Positions 23,326 through 35,113 of a stretch of DNA of 64,000 nt are shown here, piece after piece. The stretch lies in the NCBI RefSeq assembly GCF_006345805.1, contig NC_043019.1, positions 27,899,360 to 27,963,359 of the forward strand, written 5' to 3'. The position numbers and the translations under genes are program-made. The notes beneath the pieces were generated by a model. It had not been told where the DNA came from and did no database searches. It saw nothing but the letters and a program-made list of their open reading frames with translations. Within the stretch, counting starts at the first letter, position 1. The number at the start of each line of letters is the position of its first letter. The stretch comes from Octopus sinensis. Its lineage: Eukaryota.

Positions 23326-24664
23326 TTATCTCTGTGTGGTTCCAATTTTAGAATATGTACTGCCAAAGCTAGTAGAATAATAATAATAATAATAATAATG
23401 ATTTCAAATTTTGGCACAAGACCAGCAATTTCAGAGGAGGAGCTAAGTTGATTACATCGATCCCACTGTTCAACTGGTACTTATTCTATTGACCCCAAAA
23501 GGATGAAAAGCTAAGTTGACCTTGGTAGAATTTGAACTCAGAATATGAAGACAAATGAAATGCCACTAAGTACTTTGCCTGGTGTGCTAATGCTTCTGCC
23601 AGCTCACTGCCTTTTTAATAATAATATATTGTTGTTGTTGTTAATAGCAGAATCATTAGAGCTTCAAACAAAATTACCTTGCAGTATTTTGTTATGGCTC
23701 TTTGCATTCTGAGTTCAATCCTCACTAGGGTCAACTTTACCTTTCATCCTTTCAGGATCGGTAAAATAAAGTATCAATCAAGCAATAGGGTCGATGATAT
23801 CAACAGACTCCCTCCTCTCAAAATAAATGACCTTGTGCCTAGGTGGGTATTCACATTCTCCACTGCTGTTTTTCTTATCTGGAGTATGGTGAATCAAATG
23901 TTTGAGATATTTAGTTACACAAATGGCTAGGAAGTGTGGGGGAAAAGTATTGAGAGAGAGAGGCAGTGAAATGGTGGCTAAGCAGCTAATATAGTCCCAG
24001 GCTAACAGTAGGGCAACAGAGTATGATGTAAGTTAGTGACAGACACACAACTACAAAAGATCACACAGAAAGGTTTATGAGGCAAAGAAACACATGAAGC
24101 ATCAAGCTATTGATAAAGAAAAGGATTGGATGGTTGGGTGGTAGAAATAGAAAGAATGAAATTAAAAGAAGAGATTCCCAGTTGGAAAATGAGGCACTGT
24201 TCTCTTGGTGGTGGATTACATTAGGTCTGTAATGTTGATGAAAACTCCAAAGAAGGAGAGGTGGGAAAAGTAGCAGCCAGCAGATTGTATGTAGTGAGTC
24301 ATAGGTTTCAAGATGCTGAGGATGTGACTGGGAACATTGTGAGATCTTTTCCACTCATAGTGCAATTGTTGGTTAGTCTCTCAGTCCGTAATTTGGTCTG
24401 TCTAGATCAGGTATGAGCAACCATTTTTGAGACGTAGGCCACATGAGACATGGCTCATCATCAGGTGAGCCACACTACTGAGAAAATTAAGGTAAATTTT
24501 TGTTAGGCATTTTATTCAGAAAGTCTTGCAGATTACAGTTTGCCCATGACTTGTGTAGATCGTGAGTTCAAGTTCTATCAGGGTTAATAAAATAAATGCT
24601 GGTAATAACTCAATCCTTCTCCCTCCATTTCATTTTGTTAGAAATTATTTTGTCACTGTTCAGT

Positions 24665-25003
24665 CCCAAGTCGGCACCTGTGTCGGTGGCACATAAAAAA
24701 CACCATCCGAGCGTGGCCGTTCACCAGCCTCGTCTGGCACCTGTGTTGGTGGCACATAAAAAACACCATCCGAGCGTGGCCGTTCGCCAGCCTCGTCTGG
24801 CACCTGTGTGGGTGGCATGTAAAAAGCACCCACTACACTCACGGAGTGGTTGGCGTTAGGAAGGGCATCCAGCTGTAGAAACATTGCCAGATAAGACTGG
24901 AGCCTGGTGCAGCCTTCTGGCTTCCCAGATCCCCGGTCGAACCGTCCAACCCATGCTAGCATGGAGAACGGACGTTAAACGATGATGATGATGATGATGA
25001 TGA
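24665..25003 (+). mobile_element. RTE-family LINE 3' UTR copy with 63-bp tandem subunits
   Basis: gcacctgtg recurs at 24674 and 24737; family motif and (GAT)n tail. Confidence 0.7.
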
Positions 25004-25073
25004 CTGCATGTGTACCATTGGCGATTTTTTTTTTTCCTCCGTCTTCCCTTCTTTGGATCTTTCCTTTTCCTAT

Positions 25074-25108
25074 GTTTCTGACGAAGAGCTCCGCTCGAAA
25101 CGTTAAAC
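25074..25108 (+). ncRNA. Minimal type I hammerhead ribozyme, canonical core (extra A after A9), GUU site
   Basis: gttt|ctgacga|a|gagc-tcc-gctc|gaaa|cg|tt|aaac; helix III is the AACGUU palindrome. Confidence 0.7.
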
Positions 25109-26299
25109 CCTCCTTCTTTCCTGAGCATCCAATAATACTATACTTGTTCCACGTCCTCACGTTGTTGTGTTTTCATGTTTGGATTAATTATATATATATA
25201 TGTTAGCACGCCGGGTGAAATGCGTAGCCCTTGTGGGTAGTAAAGAAATATATCTATAAACTAAGGGAAATAACTCAAGTAAGCTATAATACCATGATCA
25301 TTTATAAATTTATTAAAAAAATTGCAATTTCTTCAAATTATCTCCTTTGCATTTGGACACCAACTGCTACTGTTTTTTTTTTTTTTAATTCCAACTAAGA
25401 GGTAAATTCATTGACAATTATTTGTGTGTCTCATTCAGTCCTTTACAATTTAACTGATTTATCTAAATTCATGTCAGTGTGGTTAAGAAGCTTGCTTACC
25501 AACCATGTGGCCTTGGGTTCAATCCCACTGTGCAGCATCTTGGACAAATGTCTGCTACTGTAGCTTTAGGCCAACCAAAGCCATGTTAGTAGATTTCTTA
25601 GATGGAAACTACAAGGAGGCCCATCAAATACATCCGTAGCACATTTGCCAGCACCACATAAAAAGTATCCATGCCAGAATCATGTAAAAAATAAGCTCCC
25701 ATGTTAGTGCCACATAAAAAGCACCCAATACACTCTGTAAAGTGGTTGGTGTTAAGAAGGGCATCCAGCTGTAGAAACCATGTCACGGCTGGAGCTTGGG
25801 GTAGCTCTCCAGCTTGCCAGCTTCTGTCAAACTGCCCAACCCATGCCAGCATAGAAAACAGATGTTAAATGATGATAATAATTATTATTATTATTGTATG
25901 TGTGTACCTTTGTCTAGATATCATATGATGGTTATGAATGTTAACCATCATACAAGCAAGGCTGTTCATTTCCAGTCTTCCATGAAAAACATGTCTGGCC
26001 ATGGAGTAATATTACCTTGCTTGGAAAGAAGTGAGGGTTGGCGACAGGAAGGGCATCCAACTGTAGAAAACTGTGCCTCAACAAATTTCGTCTGACCCAT
26101 GCAAGCATGGAAAAGTGAATGTTTGGTGGTGATGATGATAATATTGTCATGTGACTGGAGTTAGGACACTGAACTCCTGCTAGTTCAATCCACCTGTAAA
26201 GAGGTGAATGGACTTGTATCTGTCTAACACCCATGTCACCTGTAAACTAGTAACATGGGGTAGATGGACATAGCTCGCTGTTGTAAGCAACCAGAACAC

Positions 26300-26577
26300 T
26301 GTATATCACCATCATCATCTCTTAACCGATATAACCAGTTGCTGTGTGCTACTCTTAATGCTTTCATAAACAGCAGTCATCGCTGGTTTGTGTTTTCTGT
26401 CATGCATAGCAGGGTTGCTGTGTTGCTTCTTGTCCAGTCTTTGATGTTGTCAAACCTGTATTTTCTCTGTCTGCTTCTCTTTCACCCTCCTTCAACTGTA
26501 TCCTGAAGAACAGTTGTTTTTGGACAGGGAATTGTGACGGGGGATACATGACAGTAGCAGGTAAGCTTTCATCTTTT
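26300..26577 (-). mobile_element. RTE LINE 3' end
   Basis: KR*KLTCYCHVSRHNSLSKTTVLQDTVEGG*KRSRQRKYRFDNIKDWT matches RTE KRRKLAWFGHVTRHDSLSKTILQGTLEGGRRRGRQRK.W.DNIKEWT; (GAT)n tail. Confidence 0.8.
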
Positions 26578-26888
26578 TCCTCGGAACCCTAGGATTCCGC
26601 AAAAGGTTCCTAGGGGTTCCATGAGAATGAGTGAAATAAGCTAATGCTAATTTCATGATCGTAATATTACTACTCATGCACGACATGTTATTAGTTATTG
26701 TAATATAGACATCATCCTGCGCAGGAGTGGCTGTGTGGTAAGTAGCTTGCTTACGAACCACATGGTTCCAGGTTTATTCCCACTGCGTGGCACCTTGGGC
26801 AAGTGTCTTCTATAGCCTCAGGCTGACCAAAGCCTTGTGAGTGGATTTGGTAGACAGAAACTGAAAGAAGCTCGTCGTATATATGTAC

Positions 26889-26924
<36 letters not shown>

Positions 26925-27276
26925 TTGTGTTTATCCCCTCAACATTGGGAGGACAATGTTACGTCCCTGTAACTTAGCAGTTCGGCAAAAGAGACCGATA
27001 GAATAAGTACTAGGCTTACAAAGAATAAGCTCTGGGGTCGGTTTGCTTGACTAAAGGCAGTGCTCCAGCATGGCCACAGTCAAACGACTGAAACAAGTAA
27101 ATGGGTAACCATATATATAGATATATATATATATATGTGATATGATATTTAACATGTGAACTACAATGAAAAAATATGAGAAAGATATGGTATATAGTTT
27201 TTCTCGTGCAGGGGTTCCTTGAGACATGTAATTTATTTTAAGGGTTATACAAAGGTTAAAAGGTTGAGAAACACTG
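26578..27276. mobile_element. hAT MITE lacking its left TIR
   Basis: Right TIR ggttgagaaacactg; internal ggaacccta/ggttcc motifs shared with 56703-56921. Confidence 0.6.
26717..27110 (+). mobile_element. SINE family A nested in a hAT MITE
   Basis: Full head-to-tail copy. Confidence 0.85.
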
Positions 27277-27425
27277 TGCTAACATGTAGCAAAGACTCCA
27301 GGCATTTGAGCATAGATGCTTCAGAAGACCACTACACATTCCTTGCACAGAGTGCAAAATGAACATCTTTGTCGGAAAGCAAATCAACAAATACGCTGGC
27401 AGACAGAAACCATTCTATAACACTA
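27277..27425 (+). mobile_element. RTE LINE internal fragment, inverted relative to 26300-26577
   Basis: QRLQAFEHRCFRRPLHIPCTECKMNIFVGKQINKYAGRQKPFYNT matches RTE QAFENKCLR.LL.I...EHKTN..V...I...G.QEPLL.T. Confidence 0.75.
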
Positions 27426-28432
27426 GTTTACTAACTTCAAGCGTAGATTTCCACCACCGTCTCCTGAGAATCACATAACATCACATGGTATTACATCATA
27501 TGCTACACCATTACATCACATCACATCACATCCCACCGTTTATATATGTTCCTCACATCACATTATGCCACAGTCCATTACCTCTTCATTCATCACATAA
27601 CGTCCACATGACATCAGACTGCTTCACATTGCGTCACATCACATCACATGACATTACGACTTCATTGTGTGCAAGAATTTTATAGCAAGACAAATAAAAT
27701 GAATCCTTTGTAGCGACAGCAGCAGGGGAGGGGGTGATGCTGGCGGCGGTAGTGGAGGTGGAGGTGGGTGGTGATGCTAATAGTAGTAGTGCTTCTGGTG
27801 GTGGTAGTGGCAGTGGAGCAGCCACCTACGATATATATGAAACCTTGTGTAAATAACCGAAAACAAATGGCTCCATTTTTTACTGTTGTTGTTGTTATTT
27901 AACTTTCATTGTTTAGAATTTCTATGGATTTTTGTTGTTGTTTTGTTTCAAGCATTAAAAAGAAATCAAAAGAAAAAGTTACTGGAAGTTTGATATTCTT
28001 TTATCATTGTTTTTGTTTCCTCCTCATCATCCTCATCCTCATCATCATCATTACCACTGCTATTATCATCATCATTATCATCATTACTACTACCGCCACC
28101 TCCACCATTGTTAGTCATCACCATCATCATCAGAGCCAGCTTGGGAGGGAACCTCTACATGGTTGCTCAACTTGCTACAAATAGTAGCCAAATGACCTCA
28201 AATTACACCTTGCCTTCTTAAAGAGTGGAAGGACACATTGGATAATGTAGTCTGAGGTTGGAAAAGGTTGGACCACTGGTCTGCTGGACCAAGGCTCAAT
28301 ATCATAATCATCACCACAGCTAGCATCATCATCATCATCATCACTGTTATCATCACCAGCATCAACAACACCACCACCACCACCGCTATTATAGATGTGC
28401 AGTGTCTGAATAGTTACATTTCTGTATCATCA

Positions 28433-28468
<36 letters not shown>

Positions 28469-29007
28469 GTTAGTGATAGAGCAGTGCATGCCATCAAAGT
28501 GACACTGGGGTACAAATATATGAAGCCCAGTATACCTATCATGACTACCCGTCTGATAAGGGTACACCAGGCACATGCATCACAACCATATATGCATGAC
28601 TTGGTCATCGCATATCAAGATAAACAGCGCATTACCTTGTAGGTGGGGCCCAGTTAGAATTTTCTTCAGGTCAAGTACCCCATCTTGCTCAAAAGGTCCC
28701 CGAATAAGGGTTGTTTAATGATGTTGAACAAAACACCCATGTTTTCAGAGGTGGATTATTCAAACCCCAAAGAATTCCTCTCAACACATGACTATGATGC
28801 TCCCCAACTACTTCTGCTCATGATCAGAGATGCACATATCACCGGCCACTAAGGGACATGCTCAGCTGGTTAAGGTCAAGCAACTGACAAGCAAATCTGT
28901 GGTATTGAGCAGAATATTTGCTCAAGAAAAAACAAAGTACATGATAACACTTCCAATAATTTAATATCAGAAGCCATGAGAGTCACTGCCTGGTACTGCA
29001 TCAGGGC

Positions 29008-29050
<43 letters not shown>

Positions 29051-29569
29051 ATATAAGGCAGCAAGCCAACAGAATCTTTAGCATGCTGGATGAAATGCTT
29101 AGTGATATTTCACCTGTTGCTATTTTCTGAGTTCAAATTCCACTGGGGTCAAGGAATTAAGTACCAGTGAAACACTAGGGTCGATCTCCCGAAATTTCAG
29201 TCCTTGTGCCTATAGTAAAAAGAATTATTATTATTAAAGTGGTGAGTTGGCAGAATTGTTAGCATGTCAAGCAAAAAATGCTCAGCAGCATTTCATCTGT
29301 CTTTATGCTCTGAGTTCAAATTCCACCAAGGTAGACTTTGCCTTTCAACGTTTTGGGGTCAATAAAGTATCAGTTGAGTACTGGGGTCAATATAATCAAT
29401 TAGCCCCCCCTTGAAAAATTCAGGTTTTGTGCCTTTAGCAGAATGGATTATTATTATTATTAACACAATTAAATGGTAGGCTTACTTATGGTATTCAATT
29501 TCTAAACTGCCTAAAAGACTTCCATGATGTTAACAACTTGAACACTTTCAGTCTGTAACCCTTAGACAA

Positions 29570-30410
29570 TGAGCCACCTAAATGCATTTAGATTCTAAGC
29601 CACTTTAAACACATTTAAAGTGTAAGTCATTATGCATATTTAGATTATAATCCACCTGAACACATTTTGACTGTAAGTCACCTAAACATTTTTTAAATGT
29701 AAGCCAACTAGCCATAAACTAGACCATCTAAGTACTGACTGTAAGCCACCTAAACCTGTTTAAATTGTAAGCCATCTAGACTACAAACCACCTAAGTGTT
29801 TCAAGTGTAAGCTGTCTAAGCATATTTATAGTGTAAATCACCTAAACACATTTTGTCTGTAAGCCACCTAAACACATTTTGCATATAAGCAATCAAAACA
29901 CATTTCAAGTGTAAGCCACTTGAACACATTTAGACTAAGCTGTTTAAACACATTTCAGATGTAAGCCACCTAAACACATCTTGTCTGTAAGCCACCTAAA
30001 CACATTTTGTCTGTAAGCCACCTAAACACATTTTGTCTGTAAGCCACCTAAACACATTTTGTCTGTAAGCCACCTAAACATATTTCAAGTGTAAGCCACT
30101 TAAACACATTTAGACTAAGCTGTTTAAACACATTTCAGATGTAAGCCACCTAAACACATTTTGTCTGTAAGCCACCTAAATACATTTCAAGTGTAAGCCA
30201 CCTAAACACATTTTGTCTGTAAGCCACCTAAACACATTTTGTCTGTAAGCCACCTAAACACATTTTGTCTGTAAGCCACCTAAACACATCTTGTCTGTAA
30301 GCCACCTAAACACATCTTGTCTGTAAGCCACCTAAACACATCTTGTCTGTAAGCCACCTAAATACATTTCAAGTGTAAGCCACCTAAGTACATTTAGACT
30401 AAGCCATGTA
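29570..30410. repeat. 26-bp minisatellite (ctgtaagccacctaaacacattttgt) with a 180-bp higher-order repeat
   Basis: Exact 26-bp period at 30001-30060; variant block at 29901 recurs at 30081. Confidence 0.92.
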
Positions 30411-30733
30411 GGTACACACATCAGTCACTTCAACACATAGACAGTAAACCATTTTGAACAGAAGTGTGTGCTACATGTCATCTAAATATAATTTGGCTGA
30501 GAGACCCATAAACACGTTGGGATTCAAACAAACCTATCTAAGCATGAATCAAGCAATTATCTTAGTTAGTTTCATATTTAATTAGGACAACTAACTTCCT
30601 CTTGTTATCAGTTCGGGTTAGAGGTAAACTGTACTTGATTACATAATCTCTGCTTCCTCCTCCTCCTCCTCTTCTTCCCTGGAAGCTGCAGGTTTTGATG
30701 ACGATGCTGATAATTAGATATGACTGTGAATAT

Positions 30734-30791
<58 letters not shown>

Positions 30792-31009
30792 ATATATATA
30801 TATATATTATATATATATATATAGCATCTTATCACCACCCACACATAAGTACCCCCTTGTACATACACACACACACCACAGTCACCTACACACATACAGG
30901 CACAGACACACATTTACTAAAACATATGTGAATACGTTCTCACATGGCATTGGTGGTGGGTTAAGGATTTGGGGTGCAGCAAGAAGAAAGAGTCATACAT
31001 CTCTCTCTT

Positions 31010-31078
<69 letters not shown>

Positions 31079-31824
31079 TTTGGAAACATGCCAATACTGA
31101 ATTTCTTTTGCAAGATGCAAAACGCTATCCTCCATCATCATCATCACTACCACAGCCACAACCATCTTTATTACTTTGTTCGCAACTGTACTGATAGACA
31201 CGTATACATACCTCCATCACCGCCGCCACCACCGCCACCATCTTTACTGCCACCTGATGAGGCTGGAAGCTGACAGCTAACAACTTGCCTTTTACAGAGC
31301 AACAAGTTGTTGTCGAGGGTAGAGTAATGAGGGATGATAGATTGGTAGAGAGGTCACTGAACAGGGTGGCTATATGGATGGATGGGTACGTAGACACAAG
31401 GATAGACGGATGGAAGCACAGACAGGTAAATAGACAGGTAGATAAATTGATAGATGGATGGGTGGATAGAGGTGAACATGGACAAACAGATAAAGAGTTG
31501 GCTGAATATGAGGATAAATAGATGAATGGAAAAATAGAAAAGCTTATATGTTTGGCAGGTGAATAAAATTGACTGAAGAAAAAAAAGAGATGGTTTCACT
31601 GTGTGTGTGTATGTATATATATGCATGGTAAAGACCCCCTTCATATATATATATATAAATATAAATGGATGAATGAATTATCCTTTGTTTACCGTTAACT
31701 TGGAAAATTCAATAAACAGTTACCAGGGTAGCAAAATTCACGCAAGTAACACGGATGAAGCGACCTATTCAAAGGTAGAAACTCCGGGTTAATGTGCACT
31801 AATTTGTGTAGTATAAGTAAATAC

Positions 31825-31919
31825 TCTTTCTTTCCTGATGAGAAGATTGCATTTTACATCATTTATTCCTTTGGAATAAAACCAATGTTGTCTTCGAAAC
31901 ATATGTCGAAAGTAAAAGA
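31825..31919 (+). ncRNA. Type I hammerhead ribozyme, fully canonical core, GUC site (cleavage after 31907)
   Basis: tcttt ctttc|ctgatga|gaagat...gtcttc|gaaa|catatg|tc|gaaag ta aaaga; long stem II with inner 8-bp hairpin; helix III palindrome ACAUAUGU. Confidence 0.8.
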
Positions 31920-32071
31920 ATTTTAATAACATCTTCGTTCAACTCCATTTATTTACTTATATATATATATATGGGTAAAGCTCCCGCTTTGGTCATGAAT
32001 GACCATGGGATTGCACCTACAAAGTTCCCTGACACTCTAACCACTGAGCCATGTGCCTTCACTTCACAGAA

Positions 32072-32155
32072 ATCAGGATGGCCAAGCAGTCTAAGATGCT
32101 GCATTCAGGCCGCAGCTGGGTCTTCTCGGCTTGGGTTCAAATCCCACTCCTGACA
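32072..32155 (+). pseudogene. tRNA-Leu(CAG) pseudogene
   Basis: Colinear with eukaryotic tRNA-Leu-CAG (GTCAGGATGGCCGAGCGGTCTAAGGCGCTGCGTTCAGG...GGTTCGAATCCCACTCCTGACA). Acceptor stem has 6/7 pairs (G1>A), with several CpG>CpA/TpG changes in the D-arm, anticodon arm and T-loop. Confidence 0.8.
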
Positions 32156-32177
32156 AACAGTGATGTTTATTTATATT

Positions 32178-32219
<42 letters not shown>

Positions 32220-32629
32220 TGTGTGAGTGGACAATTGAAAGAAAGAGGCACTCAGCACATTTGGTAGGAGTTACATATATCATTATTTAAAACTGTTTGA
32301 TTCGGCCCCATCTTAAACATTTGTAGGCCCATCACAAGAATTGATCTCATCAGGCTGAGGGGCTTAAGCTTGGCAGGCAAGGTTCATGTGACAGGCCTAT
32401 AAATCTTTAAGTTCTATGGGGCCAAATCAAGTTGCTTTTAAATGGTATATTTGTGGGGGGGGGGAAGCACATCTGTGTGATTACAGTAAAGTTTGCTTCC
32501 CAACCATGTAATCTTGGTTTCAGTCCCATTACAAGGTACCTTGGGCAAGTGTTGTCTTCTGCTATATCTTCAGGCCAACCAAAGCCATGTGGGTGGATTT
32601 GGTAGGTAGAAACCGAAAGAAGCCCATTG

Positions 32630-32646
32630 TGTATGTGTGTGTGTGT

Positions 32647-32698
<52 letters not shown>

Positions 32699-33001
32699 GC
32701 ATATATATGTGTGTGTATATATATATATGCATATATATGTGTGTGTATATATATATGCCGAAATTACTACGATGATCCGGTTCTTGACTGAAGACTGAGA
32801 GTTTCGAATGTCCTGTCCATGTTTATTGTATCGTCTTCTAAGAGTTATACGTTCTTGTCCATGTTGTATTTTTCTACATACCTTAATATATATATATCTA
32901 TATGCATATATGTGTGTGTATTATATATATTATATATATATATATATGTGTGTGTATTATATATGTGTATATATATATCTATATATGCATATATATGCAT
33001 A

Positions 33002-33034
<33 letters not shown>

Positions 33035-33045
33035 GCATATATATG

Positions 33046-33077
<32 letters not shown>

Positions 33078-33094
33078 GCATATATATGTGTGTG

Positions 33095-33129
<35 letters not shown>

Positions 33130-33245
33130 ATATATGTGTGTGTATATATATATATATATATGCATATATATGTGGTGTATATATATATATATAATATATA
33201 TATATATAATATATATATGCATATTGTATATGTGTGTGTGTTGTG

Positions 33246-33282
<37 letters not shown>

Positions 33283-33290
33283 TATATATA
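32630..33290. repeat. (TA/TG)n compound microsatellite
   Basis: Direct inspection. Confidence 0.9.
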
Positions 33291-33906
33291 ATACTGTTTT
33301 TATCAAATTTGTGTTTGGTGAGTTAGGTCTTGGCTGCCTATGCATGTGAAAACTGGACTCAGCAAACCCTGTGGAAGAAACCTTCATGGTTCAACGGAGG
33401 GGAAAGTGGCTGTTGCAATGCATTGTGGAGTGCAGAGAGCAAGATGAGGCAAGTAAGGCATCTTGGTCGTCCACTGCATCTGTCTCCATCGCCAGTGTTG
33501 GTGTCACATAACAAGCACCACCAATGCTGGTGCCATGTAAAAAGTATCCAGTACACTCTGTAAAATGGAAACCTTACCAAAACAGATACTTGGAGCCTGG
33601 AGTAGTTCTCCGATTCATGACACCTGTCAAACCATCCAACCCATGCCAGCATGGCATGGAAAATGGATGGTAGATGATGATGATGGTGGTATATATAATC
33701 AAAATAAGCAACAAGGATTGTATGGATAATACAGTACTAAATTTTCGTGCCTCAACTTAAGTACCATATTCATCTGAATCTAAATTTGTGCTGAACTCAT
33801 ATATATATAAATATAGGAAGAATTCACAAAAAAAAACAAAAGACGAAGACAGGTGGTGTAGACAACAAAGAGATGTATTAGTATAATGCTCGGGAAATGA
33901 AAAAGT

Positions 33907-33942
33907 CTTTAATATTTTGAGCCTACGCTCTTCTACAGAAAG
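33907..33942 (-). ncRNA. Decayed hammerhead-like motif (CUGUAGA family, same as 55809)
   Basis: Minus strand: cttt|ctgtaga|a|gagc-gtag-gctc|aaaa|tatt|aaag; GAAA and CG lost by CpG-type changes. Confidence 0.4.
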
Positions 33943-34308
33943 GAACACAGGGAGAGAAAATAAAGAATGTGTAGCGGCTAGCGATCTATCAAGGTGAATG
34001 CTGGACAGAAGGGTCACACAGGAGAGCTAGGGAGAAGGGGAGATAATAAAGTAGTGGTGATCCCAAAATGAAGGTGCGTGTGTGGGTGTATAAGAGAGTT
34101 TGTATATGCGTGTGGAAGAGGGCTGGTGATCTTGACGTGTGTGTATGTGTAGGTGTGAAAATGTGGGTTTGGGAAGTGGTCAGTGCTGATGTGACATGTT
34201 GTGTGGTATGGTGGTGTAAGGTGTGGTGTGATGGTGTTGGGAGGTGGGGAAAGCAAGGGTGGGATGTGGGTGATATGGGGAAGGTGGGGTGGGGTGACAA
34301 TGAAGGGG

Positions 34309-34512
34309 GAGTGGCTTTGTGGTAAAAAGCTTGCTTCCCATTGACATGGATCTAGGTTCAATCTTACTGCATGGTATCTTGAGCAAATCCACTCATAAGG
34401 TCTTTGGTTGACACAAAGTTATAGTAGAAGACATTTGCTCAAGATACCATGCAATGAGATTGAACCTAGATCCATGTCAATGGGAAGCAAGCTTCTTACC
34501 ACACAGCCACTC
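34309..34512. repeat. Foldback inverted repeat of a SINE A head (80-bp arms, 44-bp spacer)
   Basis: Arms 34309-34388 and 34433-34512 match at 76/80. Confidence 0.9.
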
Positions 34513-34744
34513 TTGACATATATATATGTGTGTGAATGTCATTCATTTCTAATATTCTGCAAGAATATGCAAGTATGGAAAAGTGGACTATAAAATGATG
34601 ATGGTGATGATGATGGCGACTGTCCTCCTCCCAGCCATCCAGGAGGGCTCTATGAATAAACAAATGACTCAGCCTGTTTAACCCATGTTAGCAATGGAAA
34701 GTAAAGATGAAATGATGGAGGGGAGCGGGGAGGAGCAGATTCTT

Positions 34745-35077
34745 TTATTCTCTTACTTGTTTTAGTCATTCGACTGTGGCCATGCTGGAGCACCGCCTTT
34801 AGTCGAACAACTCAACCGTGGCACTCATTCTTTGTAAGCCTAGTTCTTATTCTGTCGGTCTCTTTTGCTGAACTGACACACACACGAATATACACAGACA
34901 TACACACAAACACACACGGGCCTCTTTCAATTTCCATCTACCATATCCACTCACAAGGTTTTGGTCAGTCCGAGGCTATAGTAGAAGGTACTTGCCCAAG
35001 GTGCCATGCAGTGAGACTGAACCAAGAACCGTGTGGTTGGGAAGCAAGCTTGTTACCACACGGCCACGCCTGCACGT

Positions 35078-35113
<36 letters not shown>

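Noticed and set aside
26511-26560. Apparent small exon ending at a strong cag|gtaagc donor
   Set aside because: The sequence is the antisense strand of an RTE LINE ORF.
32770-32830. CUGAAGA on plus and GAAAC..GUC on minus
   Set aside because: The two core halves lie on opposite strands, so no coherent stems form.
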